Source: a virus (lineage: Duplodnaviria; Caudoviricetes). From it: a stretch of 26,173 nucleotides of DNA. Position 1 is the first letter of the stretch. Each line of letters opens with the position of its first letter. Below are positions 8,666 through 16,432 of this stretch, piece by piece. The translations under genes were made by a program, and so were the position numbers. The stretch is taken from the IMG/VR virus record IMGVR_UViG_3300042507_002465, positions 1-26,173 of that record. The stretch is one strand, 5' to 3'. Under the pieces are notes generated by a model. That model saw only the letters and a program-made list of their open reading frames with translations, was not told the DNA's origin and made no database searches.

Positions 8666-8940
8666 AGCAGTTCAAACTCTTTCACATAGCATACATCAAC
8701 CCATTCATCACCGACTGTGTGTGGAAAGTTATCTGAATACAAACGGTGTCTTTTATAAAAATCCTCATTACTTTCATTTGGTTGTTTAGGAATGTAGGTT
8801 TTTGAATATGCTTCTATGTCCTGCATAATATCTGCAAGTTTATCATTCGCATCGTCTTCATTTTTGTAAATTCCAATGATTTTATAGGCGATGTAGTTAC
8901 CCCATTCTTCTGGTTCAACAATTACTGCGTAAACTTTCAT
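8662..8940 (-). CDS. Hypothetical protein
   Basis: 92 aa, AT-rich; 'KIIGIYKNEDDA'; first gene of the leftward operon. Confidence 0.75.
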   Translation of the reverse strand: MKVYAVIVEPEEWGNYIAYKIIGIYKNEDDANDKLADIMQDIEAYSKTYIPKQPNESNEDFYKRHRLYSDNFPHTVGDEWVDVCYVKEFELL

Positions 8941-8944
8941 GGCA

Positions 8945-8953
8945 CAAAGTTTA
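8945..8953 (-). promoter_or_regulatory. Leftward promoter -7 element (variant), no -33 element
   Basis: Minus strand TAAACTTTG-TGCC-ATG; no TTG at the 19-nt spacing seen at the other promoters. Confidence 0.55.
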
Positions 8954-8979
8954 TTCGTAAAAGGTCGATATTTTTAAAT

Positions 8980-8988
8980 TGTGGATAA
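8980..8988 (-). promoter_or_regulatory. Perfect DnaA box TTATCCACA
   Basis: Plus strand TGTGGATAA within the divergent intergenic region. Confidence 0.6.
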
Positions 8989-9017
8989 CTTTAACACAAA
9001 TAATTTAACAAAAACTA

Positions 9018-9047
9018 TTGCAAGTATAGAAAACTATATTACATTTG
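9018..9047 (+). promoter_or_regulatory. Bacteroidota housekeeping-sigma promoter
   Basis: TTG-N19-TACATTTG, then CAGC-ATG. Confidence 0.85.
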
Positions 9048-9051
9048 CAGC

Positions 9052-9270
9052 ATGGAAAACACAAAAACACCTTTTGAAATGGGCTGGATAGCCAGTCAGC
9101 AGTTTAATTACTACGAAACCGAAGGCGAAAATCCTTTTGAACTGAACTCCGATGACTTCAAAGAATGGGAAAAGGGATGGGCATGGTACATCACCCAGAC
9201 GATTGAATGGGAACGTGACGAGCAAAGCGACATTGATTGGCATGAACGTCAGGAATATTGCAACGATTAA
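9052..9270 (+). CDS. Small acidic, Trp-rich early protein
   Basis: 72 aa, 'NPF.......W..GW' motif; directly follows the promoter. Confidence 0.8.
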   Translation: MENTKTPFEMGWIASQQFNYYETEGENPFELNSDDFKEWEKGWAWYITQTIEWERDEQSDIDWHERQEYCND

Positions 9271-9279
9271 AAAATAAAT

Positions 9280-9310
9280 TTTGAAATATAAAATCTTTGT
9301 TTTATAATTG
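9280..9310 (+). promoter_or_regulatory. Promoter of the replication operon
   Basis: TTTG-N19-TATAATTG (one mismatch to TAnnTTTG). Confidence 0.65.
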
Positions 9311-9325
9311 CATATCGGAACAACA

Positions 9326-9445
9326 GGATTAGACCCCCTGCCGAGAACCAAGCAAATGAAAAAAAATATAATCAACACCCACGCGAGTAAAAGGTCGGCT
9401 ATCTTGGGGCCGGGTCTAACCTTTGAAAGTGTGGGTGTTTTTTTT
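9326..9445 (+). ncRNA. c4/CI-like antisense RNA with upstream cis target
   Basis: Nested stems AACACCCACGC/GTGTGGGTGTT, AAAGGT/ACCTTT and CGGC/GCCG. The unpaired TCTTGG and (G)GGTCTAA segments are complementary to upstream CCGAGA and TTAGACCC. Ends in a T-tract. Confidence 0.6.
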
Positions 9446-9658
9446 ATGAATATCTACAAACCCACACCACTTGAAGTCGCATATTGCGATGAACAAATCG
9501 CAGAGTTAGAACTGCGCAAAGAGTATGAAAATTACAGGCGAGAAAATCAGGGCATCACGTTATTACAATGTGAGTACCTGTGGATGAAACTTGACCTGCA
9601 AATTATCTATTATCAGCAATGCAAAAAATTAACCTTGAAAGGAAAGCCAAATGAGTAA
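9446..9658 (+). CDS. Hypothetical protein (70 aa)
   Basis: ATG 9446 directly after the structured RNA; overlaps the initiator start. The track's TTG start at 9308 lies within the promoter. Confidence 0.65.
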   Translation: MNIYKPTPLEVAYCDEQIAELELRKEYENYRRENQGITLLQCEYLWMKLDLQIIYYQQCKKLTLKGKPNE

Positions 9659-10319
9659 CGGCTGGATAAAAATACACAGGTGCATGATGGACAACCCATT
9701 GTATCATTCCGAACCATTTAACAGAACCCATGCTTGGATTGACCTTTTATTGTTGGCCAATAGCAATGATAACTTTTTTTACAAGCGTGGCATCCGTGTC
9801 AATATTCAGCGTGGACAAATCGGCCACGATGCTGATACTTTGGCAAAAAGATGGAAGTGGTCAAGAGGTAAGGTGGAAAGATACTTGACTATGCTTGAAA
9901 ATGATGGCATGATAGTAAGGCAAAAAAGCAACGTAACTACATTAATATCAATATGTAAGTACGATGACTATCAGGCAAACGATAAAGCAAATAGTAAGGC
10001 AAATGATAAAGCAAACGGACACCAAACAGTAAAGCAAACGGACACTAACAAGAATGTTAAGAATGATAAGAATGAAAAGAATGTAGAGATATATAGGCAA
10101 ATTCTTCATTTACAAATCACACGGGCAGAAGTTGACAAGCTAATTGCTGATGGCTATACCATTGACCAAATTGATAACATTCTGGACAGGGCAGAAAACT
10201 GGAAAGGCATTGCAAACAAAAGGTCACTATACCTTACCGCAAAAAATTGGCTATCTGCTGACATAAAGAAAATCACAGCAGAAGTTTACCGTACACCCAA
10301 AGAAAACTTTTTAACATGA
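9651..10319 (+). CDS. Phage replication initiator / replisome organiser
   Basis: 'GWIKIHR', 'WIDLLLLAN', 'RGQ......LAKRWKWSRGKV.R.L..LE..GMI' wHTH; internal iterons; precedes DnaB. Confidence 0.85.
   Translation: MSNGWIKIHRCMMDNPLYHSEPFNRTHAWIDLLLLANSNDNFFYKRGIRVNIQRGQIGHDADTLAKRWKWSRGKVERYLTMLENDGMIVRQKSNVTTLISICKYDDYQANDKANSKANDKANGHQTVKQTDTNKNVKNDKNEKNVEIYRQILHLQITRAEVDKLIADGYTIDQIDNILDRAENWKGIANKRSLYLTAKNWLSADIKKITAEVYRTPKENFLT
9975..10083 (+). repeat. Iteron-like repeats (putative origin)
   Basis: GCAAA units at 9975, 9987, 9999, 10011 and 10034 (about 12-bp period), then AAGAATG at 10050, 10059, 10068 and 10077. Confidence 0.7.
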
Positions 10320-11551
10320 TTGAACAACAAATACTCGGAACGTGGTTGCAAGGTAAGCAGCTTGACCTGACCGCAACAGTACGCAGCGAATGGTTCACCG
10401 TGCCAAAATATCGCACCCTATGTTTGACCATTCAGGCGATGTACCTAAATAACGAGCATATAGACAACGTGGCGGTGGTAATGAAGCACCGTGACATGGC
10501 AATGGACATCGCAGGGTTAAATAATTACTACACAGGGGAAAGCATTACCCGGTTGGTTTCAATGTTGCATCAGGAATACATCCGCAAAACCCTGACTATT
10601 GACTTGACAAAAATTGTCAATGACCTGACCAACGGAAGTGAAATAATGCAGTCCATGTCGGAAGTTCAAAAAACTATTGACGAATTGCAACTCAACGAAA
10701 GCGGACAAGCTGTTGACCTTATCACTCTACTCGGTGACCGCTTCGACAACTTGGAGAAACGAAGCAAGGCAGAAATCAAAACCATTGGTTTGCCCACCGG
10801 GTTCACCAGATTGGATAAGTACATCGGTGGATTTGTTCCCGGTGAAAATGTGGTGGTGGCAGGTCGGCCCGGAATGGGTAAGACAGCATTCGCAGTAAGC
10901 ATTGGTATTGCTCATGCAAAGCTGGGGGGAAGAGTGATAATGTTCAGCATGGAAATGTCAAAGGAACAACTTGCAGACCGCATACTTTCATCTTTGGGCC
11001 GGGTGGACAACCTGAAAGTCCGCAACGCTGATGTGAATGAATTTGAATTGGAAAATATTGCTCGTGAATTACTGCTCATTGATTACAAATTTCAAATTGA
11101 GGACAGCACGATGCTTGACATTGCCCAAATAAAAACCCGAATTAAGACCATGAAAGTAAAACCCACGCTGGTAATCATTGATTATATGCAGTTGGTCAAA
11201 TCCACAGGCGGTAAAAATCGGGAGCAAGAAATAGCCAACATATCCCGGCAATGCAAACTGATTGCCAAAGAATGTGGATGTACCGTGATGCCATTGTCAC
11301 AGTTGAACAGGGGAACAGAGGAAGGAAACAGCCGACCAAAATTAGCAAACCTTCGGGAGTCTGGGGCAATAGAACAGGATGCAGACACGGTGTTATTCCC
11401 ATACCGCCCTGATTACTACGAAGCCCAGAAGAATGGCGGCAACCCACCCGAACTTGAAGACGCTGAACTCATTATCAGCAAGTGCCGGAACGGGATGACA
11501 GGAACGCTGCAATGCAATTTTATGGGAAAAACAGTTGAATACATTTTTTAA
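10316..11551 (+). CDS. dnaB: Replicative DNA helicase, DnaB family
   Basis: AGRPGMGKT, FSMEM, IIDYMQL, LSQLNR, LRESGAIEQDAD, K.RNG.TG. Confidence 0.97.
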   Translation: MIEQQILGTWLQGKQLDLTATVRSEWFTVPKYRTLCLTIQAMYLNNEHIDNVAVVMKHRDMAMDIAGLNNYYTGESITRLVSMLHQEYIRKTLTIDLTKIVNDLTNGSEIMQSMSEVQKTIDELQLNESGQAVDLITLLGDRFDNLEKRSKAEIKTIGLPTGFTRLDKYIGGFVPGENVVVAGRPGMGKTAFAVSIGIAHAKLGGRVIMFSMEMSKEQLADRILSSLGRVDNLKVRNADVNEFELENIARELLLIDYKFQIEDSTMLDIAQIKTRIKTMKVKPTLVIIDYMQLVKSTGGKNREQEIANISRQCKLIAKECGCTVMPLSQLNRGTEEGNSRPKLANLRESGAIEQDADTVLFPYRPDYYEAQKNGGNPPELEDAELIISKCRNGMTGTLQCNFMGKTVEYIF

Positions 11552-11566
11552 TTAAATATAAATAAC

Positions 11567-11574
11567 TATATTTG
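11567..11574 (+). promoter_or_regulatory. Promoter -7 element
   Basis: TATATTTG-CACC-ATG. Confidence 0.75.
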
Positions 11575-11578
11575 CACC

Positions 11579-12259
11579 ATGAGAATACTAAATCTTTATG
11601 CCTGTTTAGGTGGTAATCGTTACAAATGGGATGAGATAGCTGATAATTTAGAAATTACAGCAGTTGAACTTGACCCGGAAGCAGCACGTTTATACCAGGA
11701 ACGCTTCCCAAATGACAAAGTTATTGTGGCAGATGCACATCAGTATTTGCTTGACCATTACAAAGAATTTGATTTTATATGGAGTTCACCACCTTGTCCA
11801 AGTCATAGCCGTGCAAGGTATTGGGGTTGCAAAAATGGTGAAATGACAACGAAGCCGATTTATCCTGATTTAAAATTATATGAAGAAATTTTATTTTTAC
11901 AAAATTATTTTACCGGGAAGTATTGTGTTGAGAATGTTATTCCTTATTACGAACCTTTAATACAAGCGCAAAAAAGAGGAAGACATTTATACTGGACCAA
12001 CTTTGTATTACCTGCCAATATCAATGAACGAAAATTTTTAGGTTTATGCCAAAGAACTAAAACAAATAAATATCAAGGTAACGAGTTAGATGGTTTATGT
12101 GAGTTTCATAATTATGACTTTACGAAATATGAAGGTGAACAATCAGTTATAAAAATGGCTCGTAACCTGGTAGACTATGAAGCTGGTAGAACAATACTTG
12201 AAACGGCTATTGGAATAATTAGAAACTTAAATACAAAACAACAAACATTAGAACTATGA
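11579..12259 (+). CDS. DNA cytosine-C5 methyltransferase (compact)
   Basis: Motif I 'ILNLYACLGG', catalytic SPPC, motif VI ENV, 'R..YWTN'. Confidence 0.88.
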   Translation: MRILNLYACLGGNRYKWDEIADNLEITAVELDPEAARLYQERFPNDKVIVADAHQYLLDHYKEFDFIWSSPPCPSHSRARYWGCKNGEMTTKPIYPDLKLYEEILFLQNYFTGKYCVENVIPYYEPLIQAQKRGRHLYWTNFVLPANINERKFLGLCQRTKTNKYQGNELDGLCEFHNYDFTKYEGEQSVIKMARNLVDYEAGRTILETAIGIIRNLNTKQQTLEL

Positions 12260-12711
12260 GAATAACAATCAAAGCACCACAGCGCAACAGCCGCACAACA
12301 TTTCGTCAAAGTGAAATCGACCGATTGAAAGAAATCATTTACCACCAAGGCATCCGCATCAACGAGTTAGAAAGAATGCTTAAAATGGAAAACATGGATA
12401 AAGATGAGCAGGTAATTAAAGCCGCACACCTTGCTATCCGTTCTGTATTCAGCGAATATCGCCCCGAATGGGTGGTAATCAGCACTCGCAAACGGGATGT
12501 TGTAGAGCTGCGCCAAATGTTTCAGTGGCTGTGCCGCAATAAAACCTCTCTTTCGTTGCAGAAAATCGGGCAAATATGCGGTGGCCGTGACCATAGCACC
12601 GTGATAAATAGCTGCCGGGTTGTGGACAACCTGATGAGTTACGACAAACGCTATGCCCGGAACCTTGAAACGGTCAAAAATAAGTTTGAAGAATTTGCAG
12701 AACAGATTTAA
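12256..12711 (+). CDS. Protein with DnaA C-terminal (domain IV) DNA-binding domain
   Basis: 'RKRDVVELRQMFQWLCR..T.LSLQKIGQICGGRDHSTVINS' is the DnaA domain IV signature; N-terminal coiled coil; no AAA+ domain. Confidence 0.9.
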   Translation: MRITIKAPQRNSRTTFRQSEIDRLKEIIYHQGIRINELERMLKMENMDKDEQVIKAAHLAIRSVFSEYRPEWVVISTRKRDVVELRQMFQWLCRNKTSLSLQKIGQICGGRDHSTVINSCRVVDNLMSYDKRYARNLETVKNKFEEFAEQI

Positions 12712-12724
12712 TTTACTATATTTG
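12694..12724 (+). promoter_or_regulatory. Housekeeping-sigma promoter
   Basis: TTTG-N19-TATATTTG-CACCT-ATG. Confidence 0.8.
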
Positions 12725-12729
12725 CACCT

Positions 12730-13065
12730 ATGTTAATACTCGATATATGTTTAAGTGACCTGCCCAGTGAGGCAATCACCACCGCCAAGAACGGAAAGAA
12801 GTACATCAAGCTCGTATGTGCTGAACGCAAAGCCGAAGGAAAGTTCGGAGAAACCCACTACATTGCACTCTCGCAAAGCAAAGAAGAACGGGAAGCAAAG
12901 AAACCTGCAACGTATGTTGGTGGTGCTAAAAGTTACAATAATGTAACTAACAAAAATGTAAGCAGAGAAAATCTTTTCAAAGCCGACAAAGGGGGCATCA
13001 TGGAAAACTTTAAAAATGACTATGCTGCCCAAATGGAAAACGAACAAAATGATTTACCGTTCTAA
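12730..13065 (+). CDS. Putative single-stranded DNA-binding protein
   Basis: 'KNGKKYI', 'SQSKEERE.....Y.G' and an SSB-type C-terminal tail DLPF. Confidence 0.65.
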   Translation: MLILDICLSDLPSEAITTAKNGKKYIKLVCAERKAEGKFGETHYIALSQSKEEREAKKPATYVGGAKSYNNVTNKNVSRENLFKADKGGIMENFKNDYAAQMENEQNDLPF

Positions 13066-13313
13066 TGAAAGACCAAATCATTAAAACCTGTCATGACATT
13101 AGAGATTTGCTGCTTGAAAAAAATGTCAAGTATGGAAACTCTGCACTCGAACCAGTGCGGGTTTTCAGCAAGGCATCCACAACCGAGCAGTTGTTGGTAA
13201 GGATTGATGATAAATTGAGCCGCATCAAAACAACCGGGATGGAAGCACCTGATGAAGACACATTGAATGACCTTATCGGCTACCTAATTTTACTTAAAAT
13301 CGCAACGAAATGA
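13065..13313 (+). CDS. Nucleotide modification associated domain 1 (DUF1599-like) protein
   Basis: 'KN.KYGNS', 'VRIDDKLSRI', 'EDTL.DLIGY'. Confidence 0.8.
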   Translation: MKDQIIKTCHDIRDLLLEKNVKYGNSALEPVRVFSKASTTEQLLVRIDDKLSRIKTTGMEAPDEDTLNDLIGYLILLKIATK

Positions 13314-13495
13314 CACACGAAGAAAAACGTATACACTTTTTAATCCACGCCCGTAAAGGCATGAAGATGCAGGTTGTTGATGCCTGTAAAGGTGTGGCAA
13401 GTTATGCCACCGTGATAAAAGCCCTGAACAATCCCAGCAAATACAAAAGCAAAAAGGAGCAGCAGGTAATTGACACGGCTTTTGCGTTGCTATGA
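13310..13495 (+). CDS. Small hypothetical protein, possible HTH
   Basis: 61 aa; overlaps neighbours; 'SYATVIKALN' resembles an HTH recognition helix. Confidence 0.65.
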   Translation: MTHEEKRIHFLIHARKGMKMQVVDACKGVASYATVIKALNNPSKYKSKKEQQVIDTAFALL

Positions 13496-13674
13496 CAACG
13501 GAAGACCGGGGATATAAAACGGTTGTGTATTGGAAAGACCAGATGATGTCTTTTGAGCCAGTGCCTGATGACGAACTTGAAAAAACCCTGAAAAAATATC
13601 GGAAGAAAGGATTTAACGCTGAACCGATTTCGGATGACCTGATAAAAAAAATTGCAGAAAGTTTGAAAATATAA
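13492..13674 (+). CDS. Hypothetical protein
   Basis: 60 aa; ATGA overlap. Confidence 0.7.
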   Translation: MTTEDRGYKTVVYWKDQMMSFEPVPDDELEKTLKKYRKKGFNAEPISDDLIKKIAESLKI

Positions 13675-13692
13675 AAAAGTATACTATATTTG
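13662..13692 (+). promoter_or_regulatory. Housekeeping-sigma promoter
   Basis: TTTG-N19-TATATTTG-CATC-ATG. Confidence 0.85.
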
Positions 13693-13696
13693 CATC

Positions 13697-13921
13697 ATGG
13701 AAACACAAATAAAAGTCACACACACCGGCAGCTATTCTGCCAAGTTCGAACACGATGATGTTATTTACCGCATTGACTGGGAAGATGACAGCGACACCGT
13801 TTATTTATTTCAGGAGTTCAGCCCGACAGCCGAAGGCCGCAAATGCGTGAGCATCCCGGCTGAAATTCTGCCGACCTTGATCCGCATCTTCGGCACAATC
13901 CACACGGACAATTTAAAATAA
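13697..13921 (+). CDS. Hypothetical protein
   Basis: 74 aa directly after the promoter. Confidence 0.75.
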   Translation: METQIKVTHTGSYSAKFEHDDVIYRIDWEDDSDTVYLFQEFSPTAEGRKCVSIPAEILPTLIRIFGTIHTDNLK

Positions 13922-13962
13922 CAAGGCAAAATCAAGACAAACACTTTAATATTCCAAGGACA

Positions 13963-14424
13963 ATGAATGAAACACTAACCGCACCTATTCAGCCAAACGA
14001 AATCGAATGGCGTGTGCAATCAGTCACCAGCACGGGCAAAATGATTGTCGTGCCGTACATTAACAATCGCTGTGTAATGCAACGCTTTGACGCTGCTTTC
14101 GGGCCGACAAATTGGACATCGGAGTTCAGGGAAATAGGCAATGGCTTTATCTGCCGATTGACCGTGTATTTGGATGGCCAAACAATCACTCGTGAAGATG
14201 GTGCCAGCAAGACCAACATCGAACCTGAAAAGGGTGGCATCAGTGATGCAATGAAAAGGGCTGCGGTGCAGTTTGGTTTGGGCCGCTGCCTGTATGATTA
14301 CCCCAAGGTATTCATTGAATGCAACGACAAGTATATCCCGGACTGGGCCCAAGACAAACTGACCAAGCTGGTGGAGTGGGTAAATCTCGGTAACTTCAAA
14401 GAGGTAATAATTTTGAAGCCATGA
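13963..14424 (+). CDS. Rad52/Rad22-family (Sak-like) single-strand annealing protein
   Basis: 'IEWRVQ', 'YI..R.V..R.D...G..NW', 'EKGGISDAMKRAAVQFGLGRCLY'. Confidence 0.9.
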   Translation: MNETLTAPIQPNEIEWRVQSVTSTGKMIVVPYINNRCVMQRFDAAFGPTNWTSEFREIGNGFICRLTVYLDGQTITREDGASKTNIEPEKGGISDAMKRAAVQFGLGRCLYDYPKVFIECNDKYIPDWAQDKLTKLVEWVNLGNFKEVIILKP

Positions 14425-14825
14425 TGGACATCGTGAATTTATTATTTGATGTTGAGGAAGGCAACGCATCCGCTTTGGATGCGTTCTGCCACCTCACCCG
14501 GTTGGAAAAGCAAATCAAAGCGGCAAAGGAGCAGATACAATCACAGGCCATAAACGAAGCACAGAAGCACGGCAAGACATTCACCCACATGGGTTTTGAA
14601 ATCCAATGCCGGGCAGGTGCTGGGCGGTGGAAATTTGACCACCTTGACGAATGGGTTGTGGTAAAAAATAAACTTGCATCCGTTGAAGATATGGCAAAGT
14701 GGGCATACAAGTCGGAAGAAAAAGGGGTGTTGCCCATAACCGATGGGGGTGATATTATTAATGCTGCTGTGTATGTGGCAGGAAGTGACACCATTGCATT
14801 AAAGGAGATTGGTCATGCTGAATAA
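14421..14825 (+). CDS. Hypothetical protein (recombination module)
   Basis: 134 aa, coiled-coil-rich, coupled to the Rad52-like gene. Confidence 0.75.
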   Translation: MMDIVNLLFDVEEGNASALDAFCHLTRLEKQIKAAKEQIQSQAINEAQKHGKTFTHMGFEIQCRAGAGRWKFDHLDEWVVVKNKLASVEDMAKWAYKSEEKGVLPITDGGDIINAAVYVAGSDTIALKEIGHAE

Positions 14826-14997
14826 AAGAGAAACCCCCAAGTCAATAGAACAATGGCAGCCACCATGCGAGGATGAAGTAACAGAAGCACAGCCATACGA
14901 TTACACCCAAATGCCTGATGACATTCCAAGCGTAGATGAATGGTTCAAAATCAGGGTGTGGCAAGACGAATTAAACGGCACAGCCCTGACAAATTAG
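14809..14997 (+). CDS. Small acidic hypothetical protein
   Basis: About 60 aa; the start may be ATG 14815. Confidence 0.55.
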   Translation: MVMLNKRETPKSIEQWQPPCEDEVTEAQPYDYTQMPDDIPSVDEWFKIRVWQDELNGTALTN

Positions 14998-15024
14998 ATG
15001 GTATTTGGTTTAATGTTGTATATT

Positions 15025-15081
15025 GCCCCTGCCTTGTTAGCATTCATTGACTTTTTGGTGGATGTTAGCAATCGCAGGGGC
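15025..15081 (+). other. Long G-U-rich RNA hairpin at the end of the early operon
   Basis: GCCCCTGC/GCAGGGGC outer stem and TTGTTAGCATTCATT/GGTGGATGTTAGCAA inner stem. Confidence 0.6.
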
Positions 15082-15100
15082 TAACTACTTTTATAGAAAG

Positions 15101-16108
15101 ATGACTAAAATAGAAATCGTCAAGAGCATAATGCATCAGCACATGCTCGATGGGCAGCTGATGCTCCCAAAACAAACACTCGCCAAACTTATTTACGAAC
15201 AAAACCCCGGTGTATGGCCAACCGTTAACGCTGTGCGTAACACTATACGTAAATGCACCAACTCGTTTGGCGACCAAAAGTATGGTAAAAAACACACTGA
15301 AAATATGCCCGGTAAATCAACAATCGAAGAAGGCCTGAAAAAGTTTGGCCTTTACACCAAGCTACCAGTCCGAAAGGATGTGGTTCTGCCATCAGGAAAG
15401 TACCTTGTCATGTCCGACATTCACTTTCCGGAGCATGATCCATTGGCAATCCAAGCATCGTTGGAATACGGCAAAGAAAAAGGTATCACAGGCATTGTGC
15501 TGAATGGTGACATTATTGATATGTACATGGTGAGCCGCTTTTTGCAGGAAACCAAACGACCAAGCATCCGTGAGGAATTGATAATGACACGCAGTTTCTT
15601 CCAGTTGCTACGTGAGGAATTTCCAACCCTGCCCATTTGGTACAAGTTCGGCAATCACGAAGAACGGATGCGCCATTATTTGCTATCCAATGCCCGTGCC
15701 ATTGAAGATCTTGACGGCATCACCCTTGAAGAACAACTGCATCTTAAAAAATATGATATTAAAGTAGTGTTTAGAGAGCGGATAAAGGCAGGGAAACTTG
15801 ACATCCTTCACGGACACGAATTTCAAAAGTCAATCATGGCCCCTGTCAACCCGGCAAGGGGTGCATTCATGAGGGCTAAATCTTCGCTGCTTATCGGCCA
15901 CCACCACCAAACATCAAGCCACCACGAAAACAACCTGAAAGGTGATGAGATTGTTTGTTTCTCAACTGGGTGTCATTGCACACTTACTCCCGAATACAAC
16001 CCCTACGGCTACATCAAACAAAATCATGGTGGTGCAATCGTGACCGTGCTGCCAAACCGAAATTTCCACGTTGAAAACTACCGCATAATAGAAGGGAGAG
16101 TTTACTGA
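15101..16108 (+). CDS. Calcineurin-like metallophosphoesterase with N-terminal extension
   Basis: SDIH, NGDIID, GNHE, HGH and GHHH motifs; ATG 15101 follows the CTACTTTTATAG motif. Confidence 0.9.
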   Translation: MTKIEIVKSIMHQHMLDGQLMLPKQTLAKLIYEQNPGVWPTVNAVRNTIRKCTNSFGDQKYGKKHTENMPGKSTIEEGLKKFGLYTKLPVRKDVVLPSGKYLVMSDIHFPEHDPLAIQASLEYGKEKGITGIVLNGDIIDMYMVSRFLQETKRPSIREELIMTRSFFQLLREEFPTLPIWYKFGNHEERMRHYLLSNARAIEDLDGITLEEQLHLKKYDIKVVFRERIKAGKLDILHGHEFQKSIMAPVNPARGAFMRAKSSLLIGHHHQTSSHHENNLKGDEIVCFSTGCHCTLTPEYNPYGYIKQNHGGAIVTVLPNRNFHVENYRIIEGRVY

Positions 16109-16371
16109 TGTTTCACACACCGTTATGTTTGGAAGTAATTGCAGGGGATGAAATGGAAGATGCGCTTTATGAAATGGGTATTGCACCTTCCGAAGTTGAT
16201 TTGTATCAAGAGCCGACATTTCCTGTCTGTTTGTACAAAATTGACTGCATGATGCCTGACAATCGGAGCACACCAAAAAAGCCGCTGACAATTATTGTGT
16301 GCGGTGAGTTGACATATATTGTCAAGTTTTCAATAGAGCATCTTATCAATTTGGTGGATGTCCACAGATAG
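16108..16371 (+). CDS. Hypothetical protein
   Basis: 87 aa; TGATG coupling to the upstream gene. Confidence 0.7.
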   Translation: MFHTPLCLEVIAGDEMEDALYEMGIAPSEVDLYQEPTFPVCLYKIDCMMPDNRSTPKKPLTIIVCGELTYIVKFSIEHLINLVDVHR

Positions 16372-16384
16372 TTTTTACACAAAG

Positions 16385-16406
16385 CATTGAGTGATTTTGC
16401 TCAATG
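16385..16406. terminator. Hairpin between convergent operons
   Basis: CATTGAG...CTCAATG inverted repeat; no adjacent T-tract. Confidence 0.35.
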
Positions 16407-16432
16407 GAATGAGCAATTTTACAGAATTTTGC

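Noticed and set aside
9034-9378. Minus-strand 114-aa ORF
   Set aside because: It overlaps two plus-strand promoters, a gene and the structured RNA; low-complexity shadow.
9308-9445. N-terminal extension of ORF 9308..9658
   Set aside because: The TTG start lies inside the promoter and the region is better explained as an RNA leader. The ATG at 9356 cannot be fully excluded.
9975-10083. CRISPR or mini-array
   Set aside because: Units are 9-12 bp, in frame within a gene, with no unique spacers.
12621-12629. Second DnaA box-like TGTGGACAA inside the DnaA-domain gene
   Set aside because: One mismatch and in coding sequence; expected by chance.
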